64,000 bases of DNA from Scenedesmus sp. PABB004 (Eukaryota): the NCBI GenBank assembly GCA_014905635.1, contig JABVCE010000031.1:62001-126000 (forward strand), read 5' to 3'. The position numbers were made by a program, and so were the translations under genes. Each line of letters starts with the position of its first letter. The first letter of the stretch is position 1. Below the pieces are notes generated by a model. That model had not been told where the DNA came from. It was given only the letters and a program-made list of their open reading frames with translations, and did not search any database. This document shows positions 1 to 11,191 of the stretch, one piece after another.

Positions 1-160
1 ACGCAGCTTGAAGGTGCCGGGACAGGCGGTCACCGGCGAGGGGAGTTCGACGACTGCTGGTGCGAGCGCGTGGCTGGCCGTAGAAGCAGCAGGGAGCGCT
101 GTGGAAGCTTCAGCCGAGCTGGACAGGCGGTTGTGTGCTCGGCCAGGGGGCGCGCGTGAA

Positions 161-166
161 TTTATA
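161..166 (-). promoter_or_regulatory. Possible TATA box (TATAAA) for a minus-strand gene continuing left of the window
   Basis: Minus strand reads GGTATAAATTC, an isolated AT-rich motif in very GC-rich DNA. The downstream gene is not visible. Confidence 0.3.
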
Positions 167-1937
167 CCCCCCGGCAGCCCCACCCGGCAGCCAAGCGGCC
201 GGGGTTTGCGAGCCGCCGCTGTTTTGCGCTCCTCGCTGACCGCGCTAGCGCCCTGGCCGCGCGCGCCGCGCGCCGGCCGCGCGGCGGGGGCACCCGCGGC
301 CGCGGCGTCGGCGAGCGGCGCCGCCGCTGCTTTCGCGCGCGGGTGCCGGCGGCGGTGCGCCGCGTGCGGCCGCCCACGGTCCAGGCCCGGCGCCTGAGAC
401 CTCACGCGCGCGGCGGCGCGGGCGCCGGGCCGCGGGGCGCCGCCGCCCGGCCGCCGAGTGCCGCCGCTGCGCGCCGCGCGTGCCGCCTGCGCGCGCCGCG
501 GCGCGTGCGCGTGATGGAGCGCGCGATGCCAGCATCACTAAAAGCGATAGTGTTACACGCGCCTGTGCTCGCACAAGTGAGTTGCTGGCAAGCCCTCGAA
601 CAGCAGTGCTGCTGCTGCCCTCCCCACTGCCCACGCCTGCCCTCGTCAACACGCTGGTCATCGATCATCGATCGAGGCGAGAGAGACCGCAGCAGAGCAG
701 AGAAAGGGCGACCCCGCGTGGTGAGGCCTGCCTGCCCAGCCCCCGACGCGCGGGCGGCCCGCAGGCCAGGCCCACGCGCGCCCCGCGCGCGCGGCGCGCG
801 GCGCGGGGTCAGAGCAGCACGCGACAGGGACGGCAGCAATGGCTGCGCCGCGGGCGGAGGCAAGCAAGCAGGCGGCGGGGCGCCGGCGGCGCCTGAGGCT
901 GCAGGCGGCCGCCGCCCCCGCCGCGGCCCGGAGCGACAGTCCCACCCCCCGTGCCGCCAAGCAATGCACGCACGCACACACCCAGGAATACGCCCGCCGA
1001 CGTGCACTCCTGCCGCCGGCACACACGCACACACACACACACACACACCCGCCGGCGCGCGCGCAGCCGCCGCGGCCGCGCGCCCGCGCGCGACGGCGAG
1101 GGCGCGCCCACAGGAGGCGCCGCCGCCGCCGCCGCCGGGGCGCGCAGGGGCGGCGCGCTGCGTGCGCGTGGCTGCAGACGTACGTAAGGAGTCGTGAGGG
1201 CGCGCCCTCGCTTATGTGTGTGACTGCTACGCATGGCATGATGCTGTACACCCCGCCCGCCCCGCCCCGCCCCGCCCGCCCGCCCCGGCGCACCCGCGGC
1301 TGTGCCCGGGAGGCGTGGCGGCGCCGCGCGCGCTGCAGCCGGCGCGCGCGCGGCGCCTGCGCCCCCGCTGGCGGCGGCCCGTACAGTGGGTGCGGCACAC
1401 TGGTGGTACACGTGGGGAGAGAGAGAGGGGCCGCGCCGCCTGCTCCGGCGCAGCGCCGCACTCGTTTATGTGGCGGCGGCGGCCCTCGCGGGGGCCGGAG
1501 CGTCAGCGGCTGGCCGCCGCCCCCGTGGCCGCACGGGTGCGAATGAAATGGCGCCGCGCGCTGCAGCAACTGCCGGGGCGCCCCCCGGCTTGCGGCGCGG
1601 GGCGTGCCCGGTGGGCGCGCCGGCGTGCGTCAGTGGTTGGAGTGGTTGGTCGTCCCGCAGGGGCCGTGCAGCTGCCTTGAGGCCGCTGGGGCGCCGGCTG
1701 CAGCAAAGCGAGGTCTTGTGCTGAATGGAACCCTGGCGGCGCGCGCGGCGCCGACGGCCACGCCCGCCGTCGCCCTCCTGTCGAGTTCCCCCGCGCCGCC
1801 CCGCCCCGCCCCCTCCGTCCTCCGCCCTCCGCCGTTCCTTGCCGCCCGCCCGCCCGCCCGCCCGCCCGCCCGCCCGCGCGGCTCGCTGGCGCGCCCCGAC
1901 GCCGCGCGGCGCGGCGCGCCCGCGGCCGGCGCGGCGC

Positions 1938-3773
1938 TCAGCTCGTGGTGCTGCCGGCGGCGCTCGAGGGCGCCGCGTCGTCGTCGGCGCGCTTGACCGT
2001 GATCTTGCGCCCCTCCACCAGGCTGCAGTGCAGCGCCTTGATCGCGCCGTCGACCACCTGGCCGTCGGCAAACTCGCAAAAGCCGTAGCCCTGTGCACGC
2101 ACGCACCCGGCGGCGCGGGCGGGGGCGGGGCGGGGCGGAGTGGGCGGGCGGGCGCGCGGCGCGCGGCGGCTGCGTGGGCGCCCGCAGCCGCGCCCGCGCG
2201 GCGCGCGCCGCTGCCGCGCCGCCGGCGCGCGCTGAGTTGGGCCCATGGCGCGCGGCGCGGGGGCGGCCCTGCCGCCCCCAAAACAACAGCGCACCTTGCT
2301 TTTCTGGCTCATCTTGTCCACGATGACCACGCAGTCCTTCAGCTCCCCAAACGGCGTCAGCATGCCCTGCAGCTGCGCGGGGTGATTGGCGGCGCGGCGC
2401 GCGGGCGCGGGCGCGGCGCGGGCGGGTGAGGCGGCCGGCCGCGGCGCGCGCGGGCGCTGCGAGGCGGCCGGCCGGCCGCGCGCGCGCCGCGCGCCCTGCG
2501 GCGCGCGCACGTGCTGCGTGCGCCAGTTGTAGGGCAGGCCGCTGATGTAGAGGCGGTTGGGGTTGGCGGGCTTGCGCGGCGGCGCGTCGCCGTTGGCGGC
2601 CGACACGGGCGTGCCGTCGCCGCTGCCCGAGGTGTGTATGCTCAGCATGCTCGTGTTGATTGTGGGGTCGGGGTGCGTCGGCCCGAGCAGCACGCCCCAG
2701 TCCGGGTGGTACTTGCTCGGCCGGCTCACCTGGCGGGCAGCGGGAGGCGAGACGCGCGGGCACGTGAGGCGTGAGGTGAGCCGCTGCCGCGCTGCGCGGT
2801 GCGCGCCGCTGCTGCCGCGCGGTGCGCGCCGCTGCCGCGCGGTGCGCGCCGCCGCTGCCGCTGCTGCCGCTGCTGCCGCTGCTGCCGCTGCCGTGCTGGG
2901 CGCCGCTGCCGCGCGCGCCTTGAGCGTCGAGCCGCGGAACTGGATGCCGCTGAAGGCGAGCGCGTTGCTCGTCTCCTGCACGCTGCGCATCTTGATGAAG
3001 GCGTACGGCGGGCCCTTGTCGCGCGTGATGCTGCAGCGGCGGCAGCAGCGGCGGCGCGGGAGGGTCGGCGGCGGCGCGCGCGTGCGCGCCCGGGCGCCGA
3101 GGGCGCGCCGCGGGCGCGGCGGCGCCGCGGACCTGCAGTTGACGACGCTCGTGCCGGTGTCCTGCTGCGCGCCGCTGCAGGTCATGAGGGCGTTGAAGAA
3201 GGAGCAGAGGTCGTCCTGCGAGGGCGGGAGAGCGGGAGCAGCGGCGGCGCGCGCCGCGGTCGGCGCGGGCGGCGGCCGGCCGGCCGGCGCGGCGGCGCGC
3301 GGCGGCGCCCGCGAGGAGCGCCAGGGCGCGGGCGCGCTGCTCCGGGAGGCCAGCGGGCTCGTCTGGCGGGCGGCCATGTGCGCGGCCGTTTCGCACGTGG
3401 CCCGGAAAAGCCCTCGCCCGCATCCGCAGCCGCTGCGCTGCCGGCCGGGGGCGGCCCGAGGGCCCCCGGGTGCGCTGCCGGCGCGCCGCGGGCCGGGGCG
3501 CCCCGGGCGCGCCGGGGGGCGTCTGCTGCTGCCCGGCGGGCAGCCCCGCCCCCGCCGCGCGGCCCCCACCTCGGTGGTGCCCTCCGGCACGCCGCCGACG
3601 TAGAGCTCCCGCGCCACGACCAGGGCGTGGGGGTCGTTGGCGCGCGCGCGCTGCTGCAGCTGCTGCATCCAGGCCCGCAGGTGCGCCAGCTGCGCCCTGA
3701 GCTGCTGGTTCTCCGCGTCCTTGACCGCCAGCTGCTCCTGCAGCTGCGCCACCGCCTGGACCGGCGCCTCCAT
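1938..3773 (-). CDS. U2AF large subunit (U2AF65)-like protein: N-terminal coiled coil plus two RRMs, 6 exons
   Basis: Spliced: ELYVGGVPEGTTE|DDLCSFFNALM..YAFIKMRSVQETSNALAFSGIQFRGSTLK|VSRPSKY (RRM1-like) and RLYISGLPYNW..KSK|GYGFCEFADGQVVDGAIKALH..RKITVKRA (RRM2-like). One GC donor at 2918. Confidence 0.8.
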   Translation of the reverse strand: MEAPVQAVAQLQEQLAVKDAENQQLRAQLAHLRAWMQQLQQRARANDPHALVVARELYVGGVPEGTTEVGAARRGRGCPPGSSRRPPARPGRPGPRRAGSAPGGPRAAPGRQRSGCGCGRGLFRATCETAAHMAARQTSPLASRSSAPAPWRSSRAPPRAAAPAGRPPPAPTAARAAAAPALPPSQDDLCSFFNALMTCSGAQQDTGTSVVNCRSAAPPRPRRALGARARTRAPPPTLPRRRCCRRCSITRDKGPPYAFIKMRSVQETSNALAFSGIQFRGSTLKARAAAAPSTAAAAAAAAAAAAAAARTARQRRAPRGSSGAHRAARQRLTSRLTCPRVSPPAARQVSRPSKYHPDWGVLLGPTHPDPTINTSMLSIHTSGSGDGTPVSAANGDAPPRKPANPNRLYISGLPYNWRTQHVRAPQGARRARGRPAASQRPRAPRPAASPARAAPAPARRAANHPAQLQGMLTPFGELKDCVVIVDKMSQKSKVRCCFGGGRAAPAPRAMGPTQRAPAARQRRAPRGRGCGRPRSRRAPRARPPTPPRPAPARAAGCVRAQGYGFCEFADGQVVDGAIKALHCSLVEGRKITVKRADDDAAPSSAAGSTTS

Positions 3774-4419
3774 GCCGCCCGCGGGCGCGGAGGCCTCCGC
3801 GGGCGCCAGGGCGATGCGAGGGCGCCCGAGCGCCGGTCGGCGCCGGGACGGCCTGATCAGGCGGCCTGAGCCCGCTCACGCCCTCCCCCACCGCCTCGTG
3901 CGGCGGCGGCCCGCTGGCGACGCGCGAGCGCGCGGGCCGGGGGCAGTGGTTGCGCGCGAGGGCGCCGGGGCCCCTGTTCGCGCGGCCTGGCGGGCAGCCG
4001 GGCCGCGAGCGCGGGCGTCTGCCGGCCGGAAACGCGCTGGGGCCGCCGCGACGCCCGACGCTGCGCGTGCGTTGGGGCGCGCGCTGCTCGGGCGATCCAG
4101 TCCTGGCGCTGAGCGGCACGCCGCGGCGACGGTGTGACGTCGCGGGGGCACCGGGGTCGCGTGATGGGCCGCAGGCTCGGCGGCCAGGGCTCTCGGGCGC
4201 CCCAGCTGACAACCTGGGTGCTGCCCGGCTCCCGCCTCACGCAGCCCCCTCACCAGCGCGGTGGTCAGTTGCACGGTGGCCGGCGCGCCCCGCGGCGCCC
4301 TGCTCGCCGCGCGCGGCCGCGCCCCCCCGCAGCGACGCACGCCGCAGAATCCGCCGCCGCGGCGCCGCCGGCGGGCCGCGCACCGCCCGGCGGCCGCCCG
4401 CCGGGCCGGGGCGCCCTGT

Positions 4420-5203
4420 TCACACGCCCGGCGCGCCGCCGGCGCCGCGCTCGCCGCGCTCGGCGACGAGGAACGGGTGCGCCCGCATCGCGGCCGCGGT
4501 CGGGCGCTTGGCGGGGTTGTGCGCCAGCATCGCCTCCAGCAGGTCCGCCAGCGCCGCCGCCTGGCGCGCGCGGGGGCGCGGCCGCGCTGAGCGAGCCAAG
4601 CGCACAGCGCGGGCGCGCGGGGCGCGCCGCGCAGCCGCACCTCGGCGTCGGGCGCTCCGCCGGCGGCCGCCCCGTGGCAGATGAAGTCGCGCAGCGCCGT
4701 GTACTTGAGGTTTAGCGCGTTTGTGACGCGCAGCGTGTCGTTGGGCGTGAAGTACTGGTCAAACGCGGGCGAGCGCCGCACAAACTGCGCGGCGGTGCGG
4801 CGCGCGGGGCGGGGCGGGGCGGGGCGAGAGAGCGGGCGGGGCGGGTCGTCAGCGGGGGCGGCGGCGGCCGGCGGCAGCGGCGGCAGCGGCAGCGGCGGCG
4901 GAGCGGCGGCAGCGGCCGGCGGCCTGTGGCGGCGGCAGCGGCGGCGGCAGCGGCCGGCGGCCGGCCGGCGCGCACCTCGCGGTCCCACGCGCCGATGCTG
5001 GCCTGGAGGTGCAGCAGGTGCAGCGCGTCGTCGCTGTGCCGCGAGCTAAGCTGGATCTTGGCACGCATCGCCGCGAGGTCGGCCGGCGGCACGAGCGGCC
5101 GGCCCAGCGCGAGCTCGCACAGCAGCGCGCCGAGGCGCCACACGTCGTACGGCGGCGCCGCATAGTCCAGGCCCAGCACCTCCTGCGCGCGGCGCGAGAC
5201 GCG

Positions 5204-5234
<31 letters not shown>

Positions 5235-7270
5235 GGCCTCGGCGCGCGTGCCGCCGCCCGGCCCTGAGGGCCCCCGCCCGTGCGCCCGCGCGCCACGGCG
5301 CGCCCCACGGCGCGCCACGCCGCGCCCCCGCATGCGCGGCGCGCCTCTGGCGGGCGCAGCCAGGGCGGCGACATGACGATCGGGCCGTCGGCGTTGAAGG
5401 CCAGACCCTCGGCGCTCACGCCGCCGCCGCCGCCGCCCACGGGGCGCGCCGGGTGCGCGCGGCCAAAGTCTGTGAGCTTGACCGCCGCGCCCTGCAGCGC
5501 GCGCTCGTTGTAGGTGTCGCCCGCCGGCGCGGTCGCGAGCGCGTCGACGCGCTCCGCGAGGCTCGCCATCGCGCGCTCGTCGTGCAGCACGATCGCGCGG
5601 AACGCCTGCGCGCAGCGCGCCGCCGCGGTCAGCCAGCCGTTGCCCCACAGCTCGCGCGCGACGTCCTGCGCCGCGGGCGGCGGGCGGCGGGCGGCGGGCA
5701 CGCGCGCGTGGGCCCCTCGAGTGAGCCACAAACAAAACCATCAGTGTTTCGTTGCTTCAAAGCCCTTGCGGCGGCCTCACGTCTTTGAAGGAGACAAAGG
5801 GCTTGTCAATGAGCATGTTGTCAAGGCTGAGGTCCATGTGCACCAGGCCGCGCCTGGCCGTGGCCATGTAATGAAGATGGGGGCGTGCGGCGGCGCGGCG
5901 CCGCGGTCAGTGGGCGCGAGCGCGCGGTGGCGCGGCCGCGGCGCGGCGCGGCGCCGCGGCGGCGGCTCACGCGTGCAGGTGCTCCAGCCCCGCCAGGCCC
6001 TGCCGCGCGATGCTGCGCAGCGCGGCGCGGCCCTCGTCGCTGCCGAGCAGCGGCACGATGCCGATGCGGCCCTGCGGGTCCTGCGCCACCGTCCCCAGCG
6101 GCCGCCACTCGGCGGCGACCTGCGCGCGGGCGGCGCGCGCGGGCGGGCGGCGCGTGGGCGGGCGGCGGCGTGGCACGCGCAGCGCCCCAGCCCCGGCCGG
6201 CGGCCGCAGCGGCGCACCACGGCGAGGGAGCTGCCCATGCGCTCGAGCACCATGCACGCGTGGCGCCCGGCGGGGCTGCGGTGCTCAAACGCGTCCAGCA
6301 GCGCGACGACGTTGGGGTGGCGCCCCGCGAGCGCGTGCAGCGCCGCCTCGCGCGTGCCGGCGGTGTAGCTCACGGCGTCGCCCGCCTCCATCAGCTGCGG
6401 CGCGCGCGGGCGTTGCATCATCAGCGGCGGCGCCGCGGCCGCTGCCGGCGCTGGCGCCTGCCCCATGCCCCCTCCCCTGACCCTGCGCTCCTCGGCGGGG
6501 TCGCCGGCCCCTCCCCGCCGGGCCGCCGGCCCCCCCAGCCCGGCCGCCAAGCCGCGCTGCGCCGCTGCGCCGCACCTTGAGCACCACGTCTGCGCCGCTG
6601 GAGAGGTCCTGGCCGCGCCACATCGTGGTGAAGCGCCCCTCGCCGACGCCCTCGGCCGGCCCGAGCGCGCCCTCGCCGAGCTTGGCGACCAGCTTGTAGC
6701 GCCCCCGCCGAGCACGTCGCCGGCCTTGAACACGTCCGGCACGGTCGCCGCGGCCGCCGCCGAGAGCAGCTGCGCCTCGGTCAGCGGGGGCGGCTGCTGC
6801 GCCGCGTCGCCGGCGCCCGCGCCCGCGCCGCCCTTGCCCCCGGCGGCGGCGCCCGACTGCCAGCGCAGCTGGCCGACCACGGTGCCGTTCCCGGTGACGC
6901 TGGCGAAGGGCAGCCGCGGCCCGCGGCCGCGCCAGCCGCCGGCGCCGCTGCTGCCGCTGCTGCCGCCGCTGCTGCTGCAGCCGCGCGAGGAGAGGCGCCG
7001 CTGCTCCAGCGAGAAGGAGAGGCTGTCGGCGCCCAAGCCCTCCGCTGCGCTCCCGCTCGGGCTCGCGCCAGCGGCCCGCCAGAAGCCCGCGGGCATCGCC
7101 GCCGCGCCCGACAGCCGCGCCCGCTGGCTGCTGCCGGCCATGGCACCACCCAGGGCGCTGCTCACGCTCTCTAGATCACGGGACGAGCTCACGCCGCTGC
7201 GAGGAGGCCTGCCGCCGGCCGCGCGCGCCAGCCGTCGCAGCGCGGACGCCGCCGCTGCCGCAGCCCGCAT
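4420..7270 (-). CDS. CMGC/SRPK-like Ser/Thr protein kinase, multi-exon, apparent 1-nt frameshift near 6702-6706
   Basis: GDVLGG/RYKLVAKLGEG, VVLK, HPNVVALLDAFEH..HACMVLERMG, HMDLSLDN, VKLTDFG, WLRPPE|EVLG (GC donor 5344), YDVWRLG, ALADLLEAMLAHNPAKRPTA. The start codon is uncertain. Confidence 0.75.
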
Positions 7271-7447
7271 GCGGCGCTCGCGCGCCCGCTCGCCACGCGC
7301 GCTCTGGGACTGGGCGGTGCGGTGGAGAGCGACCGGGAGGAGGGTCTGAGCTGCAGCGGTTCAGGCGCGCGCTGCGCCCCGCGCGACGACCCGCGCGTGA
7401 CCGCGCGCGCGCGGCGCCTGCTTCTGCAGCAGGCCGCCGCCGCCCTC

Positions 7448-7767
7448 TCATGCCTTGCCGCCGCTCCCGGCCTCCGCCGGCTGCAGCAGGCAGCCCTGCC
7501 AGCTGCCGTAGAGCTCGGGCCCGCTAAGCTGCACCGACGCCAGCAGCATCTCGCCGCGCGACATCAGCGGCGCGTGCAGGTTGCCGCCCGGGCCGCCGTC
7601 GTCGCCGCCGCCGCGGTCGGCCTCATCCGCCTCCCCCTCCTCCTCGCCGTCGTCGTGGTCGTCGCCCCACGCCTGCGCGTCACCGAGCCACGGCTGCGGC
7701 TCGTCGCCGTAAAACACGTCGCCGGGAGCCGCGAGCCCTTCGCCAGCCCAGCCCGCGCCGCCCGGGC

Positions 7768-7823
<56 letters not shown>

Positions 7824-10011
7824 AGCAGCTGCTGCTGCTGCCACTGCCCGCGCTGCCGCCACGCCTCGCGCGCGCGCCCCAGCAGGTCGCCGCCGCGCTC
7901 CCGCTCCAGCTGCTCCTGCGGCGGCGCCGCGCGCCCGCCTGCGCCGTCGCCCGCGCCCGGCAGGCGGCCGCGGCGCACGGGCCCCGCGCGCCGGCGCCGT
8001 CCGCGAGCGCGCTGCCGGCCACCGCGACGCCGCCGCCGCCGCCGCCGCGCGCCGCGTAGGCCTCGAGGGCCTCCACAAACACGCTCAGCTGGCGGTCCAC
8101 GGCGTCCTCGTGCCGGCTCGGCGCCGGCGGCGCCGGCCGGCGCCAGCCCTCGTCGCCGGCCTGCGGCTGCTGCTGCTCCCCCTCCGCCTCCTGCTGCTGC
8201 TGCTCGGTCGCTGCCGCGGCGCGGCGCTCGCGGCTGGCCTTCCAGGCGGTGAACTCGTGGCGGAAGGCTCCCTCAAACGCCGCGCGCGACATGCCGAGCA
8301 CCTCGGCCAGCGGCAGCCGACCGGCGAGGCCGCTGTCCGCGAGGAACTCGAGCCGCCGCCGCCACGCGGGCGCGCGCAGCAGCGCCAGCCCGAGCGCCTC
8401 GGGCGCGAGGCTCGCGCCGGCCTCGGCGGCCCAGGGCGGCCAGCGCGCGAGCGCGGCCGCGAGCGCGGCCGCGTGCGCGGCGACACGCGGCGCGCCGAGG
8501 CGCAGCAGGCTCGGCTCCAGCACCGCGACCTGCTGCATCAGGTGCGGCGCGCGCAGCCCGCAGCCGGTGAGGGCGCCCAGCGACTCGACCGCCACCGCCG
8601 CCGCGCACGGCAGGTCCTGCGCGCCCCGCGCCGGGGCCTGGTGCGGCGCGCCCGGCTGCTGCTCCGCCTGCCGCGCCGCTGCGGCCGCCGTGTGCCGCCG
8701 CCAGCTGTCGCGGGGCACGAGCACCCACCAGATGCTGGGGTCACGAATCAGCGCGACCGCGAGCTGCGTGGGCGTCAGGCCCAGCAGCGCCGCCGCGGCC
8801 GGCAGCGCGGCGCCCACGCCGCGCCCCAGCAGCAGCACCTCCGGCGCCGCGGCGAGCAGCTGCGCCACCAGGCGCGGCTCCGGGACGAGCGCCGCGAGCG
8901 CGCCCGCCGCGGCGGCGGCGTCGGCTGGCGGCTGCTGCAGCAGCAGCGGCTCCCGCACGGCCGCCCCCAGCGCGTCACCGCGGCTGAGCTGCAGCGTGCG
9001 GCCGAGGCAGGCCAGGGCCGCCACAACCTCGCCAGGGGACATGGTCAGGTAAACCTGGGGGCACTGCGCGAGGCGCCGCGCCTGCGCGGCGGTGAGCCCC
9101 GGCACCAGGTGCTGCACGTCGCAGGCCCAGCCCGCCAGCAGGCCCGGCTCGCCGACCAGGTACGACGGGTGCGCCGCGGCGAGCCACACGGCCAGCTCCC
9201 AGGTGCAGCACAGCTCCTGCTGCGCGCTCGCGAGCCGCGCGTGCAGCTCGCGCGGCGGCAGCAGCAGCACGCGCGGGTCCTTGGCGACCCACGCCAGCAG
9301 CTCCGCGCGCTCGCCGGCGACGCAGGACCAGGCGCCGTCGACCGCGCGCGCGCCGAGCGGCGCCGCGTGGCGCGCGAGCTGCTCGGCCAGCGCCTCGAGC
9401 CGCGCCGCCAGCTGCGGCGCGGGCACGAGCAGCAGGCCCGGCGCCGCGAGCGCCCAGGCGTTCAGCGTGCCGCGCTCCACGCCCAGCGCGGCGCACGCGG
9501 CGGCGTGGTTCTCCGCCAGGGCCTGGCTCGCCGGCATGAGCAGGCGCGGCTCCGTGCGCAGCAGCGCCAGCAGCAACGGCCGCGGCAGGCCCAGCAGCGC
9601 CTGCAGGCTCGCCGACCTGCGGCGCCGCGCCGGGGCGGCCGGCGTGGGCGCGCCGCGCGCCAAGCGGCGGCGGCGTGCGCTACCGCGCGCGGCGCCGCGC
9701 GCCGCACCGTATCTGCACGGCCGGGCCCTCCACCAGCAGCAGCGGCGGCAGCGCCGCCGCCATGCCCGCGGCGTCGGCAAAGGGCGCGGCCAGCAGCGCC
9801 GCGAGCGCCTCGACCTGCTGCCGCACGCGCAGCGGCGGCACGTCGAGCAGGCCGAGGTCGGCCGCCAGCATCGCCAGCGCGGCGTGGCGGGGCAGGCCGA
9901 GCGCGAGCCCCAGCGCCTCGGCCGCGCTCCGCAGCCTGCGCCGCGGCGGCGGCGGCGGCGGCGGCGGCCGCGTCAGGCGGCCAGCTCAGGCGGGCGCGCC
10001 GCGCCGCAGCA

Positions 10012-10045
<34 letters not shown>

Positions 10046-10642
10046 CGCACCGCAGCGGGAGCACGTCGACCAGCCCCGCGTTGGCCACCAGCAGCTCCGC
10101 GACGTCCGGCTGCCGCAGGCCCAGCATGGCGCCGAGCGCCGCCACGCGGCCCGCCAGCTGGCCCGGCGCGACCGCCAGCAGGCGCGGCTGCTCGGTGAGC
10201 AGCCACAGGCAGGTGTGGTGGCTCAGCGCGCCGCGCGTCGCGCCGCTCAGCTGGTACGCGCCCTGGTGCACTGCGGGCGGCGGCGCCGTCGCGCGGGCGT
10301 CGGCGCGGGCGGCGCCGCGGCGGCGGCGGCGGCAGCGGGCCGTCGCTCCCGCGCGGCGCACAGCCCACGGGCCGCGCCGCGCCGCACCGAGCGTGGCGCG
10401 CGCGGCGCGCAGCTGCGCCGCGTCGAGGGCGCGCTCCGCCGTCGAGGGCCCGCGCTGCTGCCGCCGCTCCTGGGCGTTGTTCGCGGAGCGCCGCAGGTCG
10501 TGGCGCGCGGCCGGCGCCAGGCGGGCGCCCCGGCACGGCGCGCGCGGGCGCGCGGCGGCCGCCACTGCTGCCAGCGCCGGCGCGTGCGCGCGGGGCCGCC
10601 GGAGCGGCCGCCGGCCCGGCCAGTGCGGCGAGCCGCCAGCAT
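7448..10642 (-). CDS. mTERF-like helical repeat protein, probably organelle-targeted; apparent frameshifts near 7980 and 10570
   Basis: Repeated mTERF-like units (LLTEQPRLLAVAPGQLAGRVAALGAMLGL, LLRTEPRLL, WVAKDPRVLLLPP, AVREPLLL, RRRLEFL) and an acidic/polyQ C-terminus. Both ends are approximate. Confidence 0.55.
7770..7840. repeat. (CTG/CAG)n tract encoding polyQ on the minus strand
   Basis: Direct inspection. Confidence 0.85.
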
Positions 10643-11191
10643 GGCTCAGCCGCGGGCCGTCGGCATGGCTCAGCCGCGCGCGGCGGCGGAGCTGTCACGA
10701 GCAGCGGGGGGCGGCGGGCGGGAGCAGCGGCCGCAGCTGCTGCCACCGTCCGTGCGGGGAGCTCTTGCCTGCCGGAGCTGAGCGTCGGCCGCGGAACACA
10801 CGCCCCGGCAGCTGGGGTCTGGCGAGCGCCGCCGGCGCCAAAAGCGCTCGAAGCGCTCCGCGGCGCCGCACCCCGCTTCCGAGCGCCTCTCTCGAGTCCT
10901 GCTGTCTCGCACGCGTCCCGTCGCCGACCGCAGCCCGCCGGTTCCGGCCCGCCGAGAGCCAGCAGCAGGTGCGGCGCTCCGCCGGCGCCCTCGCGCCCAC
11001 ACGCGGGCGCCGGCGCCCGCGGCGGCCAGGCTGCCCGTTGGCGGGGCTGGCGTGCCGCGGGGCGGTGTCGGGGGCGCAGCGCACGCGCTGCGGCGGCGGC
11101 ACGGCCGATCGGCGCTGGGTCGCGCTGCTGCTGACCAGCAGCTCCCGCCGGCAGCGCGCCGCCGCTCGCCCGCAGGGCCAAGGCAGCCGCC

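Noticed and set aside
400..1900. Possible gene between the left edge and the U2AF-like gene (TGTAA on the minus strand at 553-557)
   Set aside because: No recognisable protein motifs or consistent exon chain. Probably UTR or intergenic.
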